From Ignavibacteriota bacterium (GTDB lineage Bacteria; Bacteroidota; Ignavibacteria; UBA10030; UBA6906), in contig CAWDEM010000008.1 in the NCBI GenBank assembly GCA_963801355.1, positions 1,120,001 to 1,184,000 of the forward strand: DNA of 64,000 nucleotides, in the 5' to 3' direction. The position numbers and the translations under genes are program-made. How positions within the stretch are numbered: the first letter of the stretch is position 1; each line of letters starts with the position of its first letter. Below, piece by piece: positions 10,327-18,866 of the stretch. The notes below the pieces were generated by a model. The model was not told the DNA's origin, did no database searches, and saw only the letters and a program-made list of their open reading frames with translations.

Positions 10327-10899
10327 TCAGTCATCCTTTTCCACTGCAGGCACTTCCGGCTGCCCTGGCTTGTCTAGCAAGACGTAGCTGGGGGTGAAGG
10401 TTGCCGCGTCGAGGATAGACTTCCCGAAGTACACTCCGGCAACCGCACCGATCGCACCACCTAAAGTCAAAGATAGTATGCCTTGCCCCAAGTTTTCAAA
10501 ACCCTTTTCCTTCGGCGCAAGAGCGATACCAGCTTCCACTCCTCCCAAGCCCCCTAAGATCCCTCCCACCACAGCGCCGAGAACGACCCACCCGACATTA
10601 GAGCCGCTGCTTATCCGCAGGACGCTGTCCATCGGTATCACTAGTCCAGTACCACTGGAATTATCCCCCAGGGTGATCTGCTCTGCGTTTAGAGCAAGAA
10701 TCTCTCCCTCGTATCTCTGTTCATTGCAGAGGTCGACCTGAACATCCTTCCCCTTCAGATCGTGAGCTGCTTCAACCGCCCACTCCGGATCCGCAGGGCG
10801 TTCCACCACGCGAGTTCCGTGGTGTCTCGTGGTGAGTCCAGAAGCGCACCCGCAAAGTATCACCAAGGAAGCAACCAGCAGTTCCTGAAGAGTCTTCAA
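10327..10899 (-). CDS. Hypothetical lipoprotein with glycine-zipper-like segments
   Basis: Lipobox LCGC and GxxxG-rich hydrophobic helices. Confidence 0.65.
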   Translation of the reverse strand: MKTLQELLVASLVILCGCASGLTTRHHGTRVVERPADPEWAVEAAHDLKGKDVQVDLCNEQRYEGEILALNAEQITLGDNSSGTGLVIPMDSVLRISSGSNVGWVVLGAVVGGILGGLGGVEAGIALAPKEKGFENLGQGILSLTLGGAIGAVAGVYFGKSILDAATFTPSYVLLDKPGQPEVPAVEKDD

Positions 10900-11021
10900 G
10901 GTTGACCTCCACCGAGAAAGCGCCAGACTACGTGTACGAATGCCGGCAGAAATATGAGGAAAGCGAAGGGGGCATGTGTCACAGAATTGTCATCATTTTC
11001 ACACAAGGGGAGCCCAGCGGG

Positions 11022-11231
11022 TCACGATCCCCGGACCGGCTGGTCTGGATTTCTTGCAGATTTCTCCTTCGACTGTGGGGATTCTGCCCGGGGCCGACGA
11101 TGTTGTGAGACAATGATCCCGATCCCGACTGCAATGAGCAGCAGCCCCGGGCCGGGCAGGATCAGCAGTGGCACTCCTACCACTATCAAGGCGATCCCAA
11201 CGCACGTCAAGATAATCCGCTTTGCACTCAT
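11022..11231 (-). CDS. Small PGPGW-like membrane protein
   Basis: MSAKRIILTCVGIALIVVGVPLLILPGPGLLLI; the LPGPG motif between two hydrophobic helices. Confidence 0.65.
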   Translation of the reverse strand: MSAKRIILTCVGIALIVVGVPLLILPGPGLLLIAVGIGIIVSQHRRPRAESPQSKEKSARNPDQPVRGS

Positions 11232-11374
11232 GGATGGTGCCGCCTCAACCAGTGATGGTCGTCGTTGTGTAATCGTTGTGTAGCAACGGGCATTTGGCAA
11301 AAATGATGTGGCGATAGTCGCGTCAATTGACAATAGTCCCTGCAGCACCTATCTTACGGCCCAGGAGGGCCCAT

Positions 11375-12784
11375 CTATTTCTTCATCAGAGTCTCAATCT
11401 CACCACGGGTCCTCGGCAAGGACGCATTGAGGAATTCACATCCGGTGCTCGTGATTCGGATGTCATCTTCGAGGCGGGCGCACACGCCGCGGTACGGCGG
11501 AGCCACGGTAAGATCTCCCGCGCTGAGATAGAGGTGGGGTTCGATGGCCAGAACCATGTTTTCACGTAGGATCTTGCTGCCGTTCGCGTCTTTCGGCCAG
11601 GGATCGTGAACATCTAAACCGATCGAATGCCCGAGTGCAGCCGGAATGTAGAGTCGATACTGTCCGGAGGAGATGATCGTCGACTTCACTCCACTGATGA
11701 CGCCCTGTTGCAGCAGCCCTTCAATTAGGATGTCGGTATTCATCGACGAGAGTGCTGCAAAGCTCACGCCCGGCGCGGCGGCGGCAATGACGGCATCGAA
11801 GGCTTTGTTGACAATATCGTAGATCACCGCTTGTTCAGGAGAGAATTTGCCGCTCACCGGCACTGTTCTGGTCAGATCGCCAGCGTAGTAGCCGTACTCC
11901 GCGCCAAAGTCAATCATGACCAGGTCACCGCTCGCCATCTGCCGGTGATTCGCTGTGTAATGAATGGTCGTGATGTTCGGCCCAGAAGCGATGATGGTCT
12001 CAAACGCAGTCCTGGGACACCCATTCATGTGAAGGACAAGCTCAAAAACGGCATCCACTTCGTACTCGTACATTGACGGTTCAATGGCGCGAATCCCCTC
12101 CGTAAACGCCTGGACAGACACGTCGACTGCCCGCCGGATATGTCCCAGCTCGAGGGGCTGTTTGATGAGTCGCATAGCATCAAGAAGCGTGTCGACATTG
12201 TACACAGCGAAACTGGAGCCACCTGCTTCTCTGAAAACCTGTTCTGTCCCTTGATTGTCGTCCAGGTTGGCATAGATGTAATTTGCTGTTCCTGAACCTA
12301 AATAGGCACGAAGCATTTTCGGAAACTCAACTGAAGGATAAGCTGAATCGGCTCCAAAGTATTGAACAGCCCCGGCCGGCCCGTACACAGACCCGAGCCA
12401 TTGTGCTGAACTCGCAGACCGCTCCTCAACAAACATGATCAACTCGCTGGATGACGGCGCCGCCGTCTTTCTGCGAATTACAGCGAGTGCGTTTGGTTCG
12501 TCGAAGCCCGTGAGATAGTAGAACGCGGAGGCCGGGCGGAATTCGTAGTTCACATCACCGTTTCGGAGATAGACGGCATTAGTTGTGAGTAGGACAATAC
12601 TGCCGGCGGGTAACTGCTGCGCGAGATCATCCCGGCGCTGCTTGAATGCAGCGGCATTGTAGACAACTTCGTAAGGATAGAGCTTTGTGGGGAACCTCGA
12701 AGTGGCGGGTTCAGAACTATACTCGTTGCAGCTCACCAGGAGTATCTGAAGGAGGACACAGCAGAAAAGCCGCAAGAAGCGCAT
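11375..12784 (-). CDS. Xaa-Pro aminopeptidase (M24B), probable lipoprotein
   Basis: AMP_N region (RNGDVNYEFRP...FYYLTGF), metal ligands D-x10-D (IDFGAEYGYYAGD), GHSIGLDVHD, EP and RLEDD. Lipobox LVSC. Confidence 0.9.
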   Translation of the reverse strand: MRFLRLFCCVLLQILLVSCNEYSSEPATSRFPTKLYPYEVVYNAAAFKQRRDDLAQQLPAGSIVLLTTNAVYLRNGDVNYEFRPASAFYYLTGFDEPNALAVIRRKTAAPSSSELIMFVEERSASSAQWLGSVYGPAGAVQYFGADSAYPSVEFPKMLRAYLGSGTANYIYANLDDNQGTEQVFREAGGSSFAVYNVDTLLDAMRLIKQPLELGHIRRAVDVSVQAFTEGIRAIEPSMYEYEVDAVFELVLHMNGCPRTAFETIIASGPNITTIHYTANHRQMASGDLVMIDFGAEYGYYAGDLTRTVPVSGKFSPEQAVIYDIVNKAFDAVIAAAAPGVSFAALSSMNTDILIEGLLQQGVISGVKSTIISSGQYRLYIPAALGHSIGLDVHDPWPKDANGSKILRENMVLAIEPHLYLSAGDLTVAPPYRGVCARLEDDIRITSTGCEFLNASLPRTRGEIETLMKK

Positions 12785-13034
12785 ACCGTCCCTCATGAAG
12801 TCAAGCCGGCAGCCACGAGAACTGACTTCAGGCAAGATACAACCCGGCTCACAGAGATACAACACTCATCGAAACACTCACTTAGCACTCATTTTGGCGG
12901 GCCTGGGGGCAAAATCACACTGACTTGAGAGAAACACGGCACATATCATCTCGTAGTACAGGATGAGGCGCTTGGATTGTGGTGGTCGCCGGAAGTCCGA
13001 AAATCTCACAACGTGGAACAAGGAGGATTTGCCC

Positions 13035-13232
13035 ATGAATTGGGAATATAAGACCGTGAAGACACCAGCCAGAGGGGGTATAATGGGCGGGAAGTTCAAT
13101 GAAAAGATCCTCGAGGCAAAGCTCAACGAGCTTGGTGATCAACGATGGGATCTGGTTGCTGCATTCGCGACACACATGGGATATGGCAAGTCCCGGGACA
13201 TCGTTGCGATTTTCAAACGCGAGAAGAGATGA
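13035..13232 (+). CDS. DUF4177-family small protein
   Basis: MNWEYKTV...LNELGDQRWDLV...IFKR; AGGAGG RBS upstream. Confidence 0.8.
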   Translation: MNWEYKTVKTPARGGIMGGKFNEKILEAKLNELGDQRWDLVAAFATHMGYGKSRDIVAIFKREKR

Positions 13233-13240
13233 GGTATACT

Positions 13241-13876
13241 ATGAAAAAGCTCATGCTCGTTGTTTTGCTCTTCGCCACGGCGGCTCTGCTCTCCCCTGCC
13301 GCCCGATCCCAGGAACCCGTCTTGAAAGGGCGCTCAGGACTTGAACTGAATTTCGGACTCTGGACGGGCCCCAATACGTCCATTGCTGTCGGCGTGCAGG
13401 GTGTTGGAGTTGACGTAAAGAGCGGGGCATTCGCAGGCGGGATTCTTTTCGCTCATTGGGTGCAGGAATACCTGTCGGTCACTATGAGTGCCGGCCTCCT
13501 CGCCGGAAGGGCAAGCTCAACAGTCAGCATCCTGAATGTCTCGCAAAAGGTGAGCTCGGTCATTCCTGTCCTTCTGGGTGTGCGGTACTACGCCCTGGGG
13601 TCAGCAGCCGGAGAGCGGGTCCGTCCCTATCTGTCGGCTGGCGTTGGACTGTACGCCGGGTCCGAGGTCAAGAACTCCATCCTGTCGCACGAGGCCCGGA
13701 CCGAGACCGCGTTTGGGGGGCGTGCCGGCGCGGGCTTGGATTTCTTCCTTGGGGATCATTTCAAGCTGGGCGCCAGCGCGGGATATCACCTGATGTCCGA
13801 CTTCGATACCTCGATCGGCGGTAGGAAGAACTACAATGGGGGTGACTTCACCATTGGAGTGGGGTACGTGTTCTAG
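13241..13876 (+). CDS. Small outer-membrane beta-barrel (OmpW/OmpA-like)
   Basis: Signal peptide, RPYLSAGVG strand, terminal GVGYVF. Confidence 0.8.
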   Translation: MKKLMLVVLLFATAALLSPAARSQEPVLKGRSGLELNFGLWTGPNTSIAVGVQGVGVDVKSGAFAGGILFAHWVQEYLSVTMSAGLLAGRASSTVSILNVSQKVSSVIPVLLGVRYYALGSAAGERVRPYLSAGVGLYAGSEVKNSILSHEARTETAFGGRAGAGLDFFLGDHFKLGASAGYHLMSDFDTSIGGRKNYNGGDFTIGVGYVF

Positions 13877-14083
13877 ATCTTCTGTTCAAAAAGTGAGTCG
13901 GAGGTCAACGAGCTCGCGGTCACGAATGTAATTGCGAACCTGAAATCGACCGAGAGCTTACCAGGCGTTTTCTGCTTGACGGGCATTGCTCACTGCAATG
14001 AATCCGATTGCCGAGTTTGTGCGAAATCCCTCGACTCCGAGCCGTTTGAGGGGTCGATGCTTGATCCACGACTCTGCGTGTCT

Positions 14084-16246
14084 CTATTTCAAGAGCATTA
14101 AACGCTTTGTCTGTGTGAAGTCTCCCGCTTGTAGCCGGTAGAAGTACACACCGCTCCCCAGGTTCGAACCGTCCAGGGCGACATTGTGAACACCCGCCTC
14201 CTTCTTCGCATCCACAAGGACACTCACTTCACGGCCGAGAAGGTCATAGAGGGCAAGTCTCACATCACTTGCTACCGGCAGCTGATAACTGACAACTGTG
14301 GTTGGATTGAACGGATTTGGATAGTTCTGGTGGAGCGTGTACTGTTTGGGCGTACTGGCACTTCTTACCTCTCCAACAGAAGTGTAGCCTCCGGTAGTTG
14401 TTCTTAGAATTGTACCTCCCTCACCAACTGCGGTTCCGGTATTTGCAGCCGCAAGACACACTCCGCGCAGCCGGCCGCTCCCACTGAATTGCTTGGACCA
14501 GTGCTTCCCCCTATCCGTTGTTCTCAAAATGATACCAGCACTGTGACTCGCACCCGCAACCGTTCCGTTTTCTTGGTCCGTGAAGCAAACGTCAAAAAAT
14601 CCGTCATAATCGAGGGCAGAGCCCGCCAATTGGGTAACCCAGGTTTCGCCCGCATCTGTTGTGCGTAGAACAATCGCTCCTTCAAGCCAGCCACCTCCAA
14701 CAACGGTTCCTGTGTTTACGTCTGTGAAATACACATCTTGAAGTGTCTGTCGTGTCCCGGATGACTGCCTGACCCAGTTGGCACCTCCATCCGTTGTTCG
14801 AAGGATGACGCCCTCATACCCACGCCAGTCAATCCCAACAGCCGTTCCGGTATTCGCGTCCGTAAAGAACACTCCGTGAAGTTGGTATTCTGAGGCCTGG
14901 ATAATCCATTTTCCCCCCCCATTTGTTGTTCTGAGGATTGCATTCGCGCCCACAATCCAACCGGTTTCTGCATCGACAAAACAGACTCCGTTGAGTACGT
15001 CCGTGGAATCCTCCAGTTGAATTGCCCAGTTTCGTCCGCCATCTGTTGTGCGAAGGACTATCCCCTCTTTGAGACCCATCGGACCACCCCCAACGACTGT
15101 TCCCGTGTTTGCGTCGGTGAAGCAGATATCATTAAGGCCTCTCGTGGTTCGAGCTGTCTGACTCAGCCAACTGTCTCCGCCGTCTGATGTTCTGAGGATT
15201 GTCCCATAGATACCCACGGCAGTTCCCGTATTAGCGTCCGTGAACGACACTCCATTGAGCCCGTAACTCGTCCCCCGTATTTTGCTGAACCAGTTATTGC
15301 CGCCGTCTGTTGTGCGAAGAATTATGGGACCGATGAGTCCGTACGACAGTGTGCTACCACCGACAGCCATTCCGGTATTGCGGTCGGCAAACCATACGTC
15401 GAGCAGTTCCTCCGTTGTTCCACTAGACTGCGTGACCCAGTTCTTGCCGCCATCTGTTGTGCGAAGGACTACGTTCCCCCCGACCACCGTCCCGGTCTTT
15501 GCATCCGTGAAACACACACTCGAGAAAATGGAAGCCGAATACTTCAATTGGGTGACCCAGTTTGTCCCGCCATCCGTTGTCGCGAGGATTGTATTGTTTC
15601 CTACAACCCAACCGGTATCGGCACTCGTAAACCAGACTCCACAAAGAGACTCACTTGTTCCACTCGACTGACTGAACCAGTTTTCTCCCCCATTTGTTGT
15701 TTTGAGGATCGTTCCGTCAGGGCCAACAGCCGTGCTCGTATTTGCGTCTGCACCATGCACTCCAAACAGATGGGCAGAACCGCTGAACTGGCTCATCCAG
15801 CTGTCCCCTCCATCTGTTGTCCTAAGAATCACGCCTCGCGTACTTCCCCATACAGCTCCCACGGCTATTCCGCTGTTTGCATCGGCAAAGCACACGCTTG
15901 TAAGACCGACAGTATCGTTTGCGTATTTCTTAACCCAGTTGTTTCCTCCATCAGTCGTCTTGAAGATTGCTCCTGTGCCAACAACCCACCCGGTATTCGC
16001 ATCAGTGAACCAGAGGTCACTGAAGTTTTGGTTTTCGATGAGCTGGGTAGCCCAGGTGGTTCCACCGTCAGTGGTCTTGATGATTGTTCCCCCACTGATA
16101 GCGGTGCCTATGTCTGCATCGGTAAGATGGATAGCTTTTAGAGTACCCACGGTGGGTAGCGGACTCTGATGGAACCAACCTGATTGCGCAGGTGCATCCA
16201 GCTGAAGGCCCATTGCTGCAAGAACCACTACGTATAGCTTGCTCAT
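14084..16246 (-). CDS. YCF48-like/BNR repeat beta-propeller protein with T9SS CTD
   Basis: Many 'FTDANTG-x-VG...ILRTTDGG-x-W' repeats and C-terminal QNYPNPFNP. Confidence 0.88.
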   Translation of the reverse strand: MSKLYVVVLAAMGLQLDAPAQSGWFHQSPLPTVGTLKAIHLTDADIGTAISGGTIIKTTDGGTTWATQLIENQNFSDLWFTDANTGWVVGTGAIFKTTDGGNNWVKKYANDTVGLTSVCFADANSGIAVGAVWGSTRGVILRTTDGGDSWMSQFSGSAHLFGVHGADANTSTAVGPDGTILKTTNGGENWFSQSSGTSESLCGVWFTSADTGWVVGNNTILATTDGGTNWVTQLKYSASIFSSVCFTDAKTGTVVGGNVVLRTTDGGKNWVTQSSGTTEELLDVWFADRNTGMAVGGSTLSYGLIGPIILRTTDGGNNWFSKIRGTSYGLNGVSFTDANTGTAVGIYGTILRTSDGGDSWLSQTARTTRGLNDICFTDANTGTVVGGGPMGLKEGIVLRTTDGGRNWAIQLEDSTDVLNGVCFVDAETGWIVGANAILRTTNGGGKWIIQASEYQLHGVFFTDANTGTAVGIDWRGYEGVILRTTDGGANWVRQSSGTRQTLQDVYFTDVNTGTVVGGGWLEGAIVLRTTDAGETWVTQLAGSALDYDGFFDVCFTDQENGTVAGASHSAGIILRTTDRGKHWSKQFSGSGRLRGVCLAAANTGTAVGEGGTILRTTTGGYTSVGEVRSASTPKQYTLHQNYPNPFNPTTVVSYQLPVASDVRLALYDLLGREVSVLVDAKKEAGVHNVALDGSNLGSGVYFYRLQAGDFTQTKRLMLLK

Positions 16247-16298
16247 CTTTGCCTCCTGAACAAGACTCTGTGAAGAACATTTCCCATAAGGTCACAGC

Positions 16299-18176
16299 TC
16301 ACTTCACAAATGTAAGTTTCTTCGATTGGACGAAATCATCCGCTCCGCTCTTGGCGTCACGCCCGATGGCGGAGTCCAGAAGGCGCACCTGCAGTCGGTA
16401 GAAGTACACGCCGCTCGATAGCCCTGAGCCATCGAACTTTGCTTCATGATACCCTGCGTCTCTCGTGTCGTTCACCAGAACCGATACATCACGTCCGAGC
16501 ACATCGTACACGGTCAATCTCACCTCCGAGGACTTCGGCAACTCGAACCTGATGGTCGTGCTCGGATTGAAGGGGTTGGGGTAGTTCTGTTGCAGCGAAA
16601 AGCTGGTTGGCAGCGCATCAGGTGGCTCATCAACTCCTGTGGTTGGTTTGCCGAAAAGATGCTCGTAAGCACCAATATCCGGCTTCGAACCGGAGGGACT
16701 TGGGCGAGGATTCCCTCCAACACAGTATGCAGGAATATGATACCAGACTCCCGCAACCTCTACCGAATCAATACCGGCACCGATACATGGCGATGCATCT
16801 GAAAGCCGGTAATCTTCTGAGGCAGCATTAACGAACAGAGGGTCAGCGTCTATGTTGTGTTCATAGAGCCCGGCATAATTTGCTCCCGCGCCTGTCCCTC
16901 CGATTCCTGCCTTACCACCCTCGATATCGCAGTACAGAATAGTCGGATCACAAGATTCGTCGTCAAGGGCTACTTCTTTTCCCATAGGCGCAGCATTGCC
17001 ATAGATGTTGTTGTTTATGAGAACTGGATTGCCATCCTCTCTACAGCCAATACCGCCCCCTGCATAGCTAGCTGTGTTGTAGGCAATAGTATTTCCGATC
17101 ACGATTGGCTTGCCACCCTTATAGCACAAGATGCCGCCAACGAAGCCTTGGTTGTGGACAATGACATTGTTTGCTATGGTCGGAGCCCCACCATTGTCAA
17201 TGAGAAGTCCACCTGCAGCTTCAGTTGCGACATTGTTGTAGAAAATGTTGCCTGATATCGTTCCCCGGCTATAGTAGCAACAGGCGACGGCGCCATACTT
17301 TCCAGTGTTGTTGTGAAACACGTTGTTTGATATGATGACATTTGGACAATATACACAACCGATCGCGCTACTTTTTGAACTTGAATTGTTAGAAAACGTA
17401 CTATTCGTAATTGTCGTTGAAGCATAGAAAACAAAGATTCCGCCATCTGCTTCGGGCGGATGCCACCCTTCACCACTCTGCTTATTGGAATCAAACAGGC
17501 AGTGGGACACTAAGACTTTGTCGAAATGAGATATCAGCATTGCACCGCCACTTCGATCAAGACCACTGCCTGTGTTTGCATTTCCATACTTCAGTGAGCA
17601 GTAGAAGATCTTTGACGTATCGTTTGTACTGGGGGTATCCTCGAACCGAATCCCGTGCCAGCCAGTCTGCGTATCCGCAGCCGTGAATCGTATCGTATCC
17701 TGTTCTGTGCCGACTGCCAGCAGCCTGCCCTGGACATTCAACTTGTAATGCCCCAGGAAAACGACTTCCACTCCCGGCTCTATGGTGAGTGTTGAGTCGT
17801 TTGGTACTGTGATTTCGCCATTGATGTGATATGGAGAGCCATCCAGCGTCCAGGTGCCACTTATATTTCCTGCGGGAATATCCGTATGGAATGTGGGATC
17901 ATAAGCTTCGTAGTCAGCCAAACCGACAACATCTTTGTCCACTCCTCCGATCACATAGATCTTGTTGTTGACCACAGCGGCACAGGACGCCGCCCGTCCT
18001 GTTGGCATATCTTTCTTCCTTGTCCAGGCTCCACTTTGTGCCCAGAGGTCGGCAGGGGACAGGAACACAGAAATAAGCAAAGCGCAATACACGATCCTGG
18101 GAGACGTTCTCGCGAATTGACGAGCCTTCACGATCCTCCCCCGTCGAATTGATCTTTGTGTCATGGGACCTCCCAT
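16299..18176 (-). CDS. Secreted protein: single Kelch blade, right-handed beta-helix and T9SS CTD
   Basis: Signal peptide, one Kelch repeat (WTRKKDMPTGR...IYVIGG...YDP), Asn-ladder 'IxNNxIxxN...GGGI' repeats, DPLFV...SPCIGAG...DIGAYE, then the CTD. Start codon uncertain. Confidence 0.8.
   Translation of the reverse strand: MGGPMTQRSIRRGRIVKARQFARTSPRIVYCALLISVFLSPADLWAQSGAWTRKKDMPTGRAASCAAVVNNKIYVIGGVDKDVVGLADYEAYDPTFHTDIPAGNISGTWTLDGSPYHINGEITVPNDSTLTIEPGVEVVFLGHYKLNVQGRLLAVGTEQDTIRFTAADTQTGWHGIRFEDTPSTNDTSKIFYCSLKYGNANTGSGLDRSGGAMLISHFDKVLVSHCLFDSNKQSGEGWHPPEADGGIFVFYASTTITNSTFSNNSSSKSSAIGCVYCPNVIISNNVFHNNTGKYGAVACCYYSRGTISGNIFYNNVATEAAGGLLIDNGGAPTIANNVIVHNQGFVGGILCYKGGKPIVIGNTIAYNTASYAGGGIGCREDGNPVLINNNIYGNAAPMGKEVALDDESCDPTILYCDIEGGKAGIGGTGAGANYAGLYEHNIDADPLFVNAASEDYRLSDASPCIGAGIDSVEVAGVWYHIPAYCVGGNPRPSPSGSKPDIGAYEHLFGKPTTGVDEPPDALPTSFSLQQNYPNPFNPSTTIRFELPKSSEVRLTVYDVLGRDVSVLVNDTRDAGYHEAKFDGSGLSSGVYFYRLQVRLLDSAIGRDAKSGADDFVQSKKLTFVK
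16344..16388. repeat. 45-bp palindromic element, copy 2, in frame within a T9SS CTD
   Basis: Encodes VRLLDSAIGRDAKSG between RLQ and ADDF. Confidence 0.8.
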
Positions 18177-18260
18177 TTCTTAAGACGCAATTGCAGGATC
18201 CACCCTCATCGATAGATCGAGTCCCCACGAATTGTATCGAACCACGACATACGCACCCCT

Positions 18261-18662
18261 CTACTCGGCGGAAGCGAGACAACCCTGTCGCAGCATCACC
18301 ATCTTTTTCGTTTCAGAAAACTCCCCTGCCTGGAGTTTATAGAGATAGATGCCTTCCGACATCGCACCGCCATGGCCGGCAGGAAAGGATTCACCTCCGG
18401 CGACAAACTCGATTTCATACGTGCCCGCATTTCTTTCTTCATCCAGAAGGGTTCTCACCATCTTGCCTTCAGAGTCTAAGACTTCCAATGTGACTCTCGT
18501 CCTGTAAGCCACACAGAACTTTATTGCCGTTTTCTCACTGAACGGATTTGGGTAGTTCTGACTCAATTGGAACTCAGATGGAACCAGGCGAATGTGATCT
18601 TTACTTTGCGCTGGATTCACGATGTGAAGTACCCCCGACCTAGCCTTGCACGACTTGCCCAT
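18261..18662 (-). CDS. Stand-alone T9SS CTD-like protein without a signal peptide
   Basis: FQLSQNYPNPFSEKT...GIYLYKLQAGEFSETKKM. Short hydrophilic N-terminus. Start uncertain (18662 or 18713). Confidence 0.7.
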   Translation of the reverse strand: MGKSCKARSGVLHIVNPAQSKDHIRLVPSEFQLSQNYPNPFSEKTAIKFCVAYRTRVTLEVLDSEGKMVRTLLDEERNAGTYEIEFVAGGESFPAGHGGAMSEGIYLYKLQAGEFSETKKMVMLRQGCLASAE

Positions 18663-18866
18663 GGCGGTCCCTCTGAACATGTGGGCCACGTAGGGATGAT
18701 TGACGACGGACACATGATAACACCGGAGGCGGCGGGCTTTCTACCAGTCTCGCATCAAAAACTACCGATTCTGAGTCCGGGCAGAAGGCATTTGCCCTGC
18801 AAGTCGTTAGTTCACAGAGAGTTGTGCGCTCGGTGTATCGGCAGATGCGTTCGTAATGCGTGCCGA

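Noticed and set aside
13877-14083. Possible ncRNA between convergent genes
   Set aside because: Only a short CATTGC/GCAATG hairpin is seen, with no recognisable tRNA or ncRNA features.
14400-16100. Regularly spaced DNA repeats resembling an array (also 38700-40350)
   Set aside because: These are degenerate coding repeats of BNR/YCF48 propeller blades, not CRISPR repeats. No cas genes are present.
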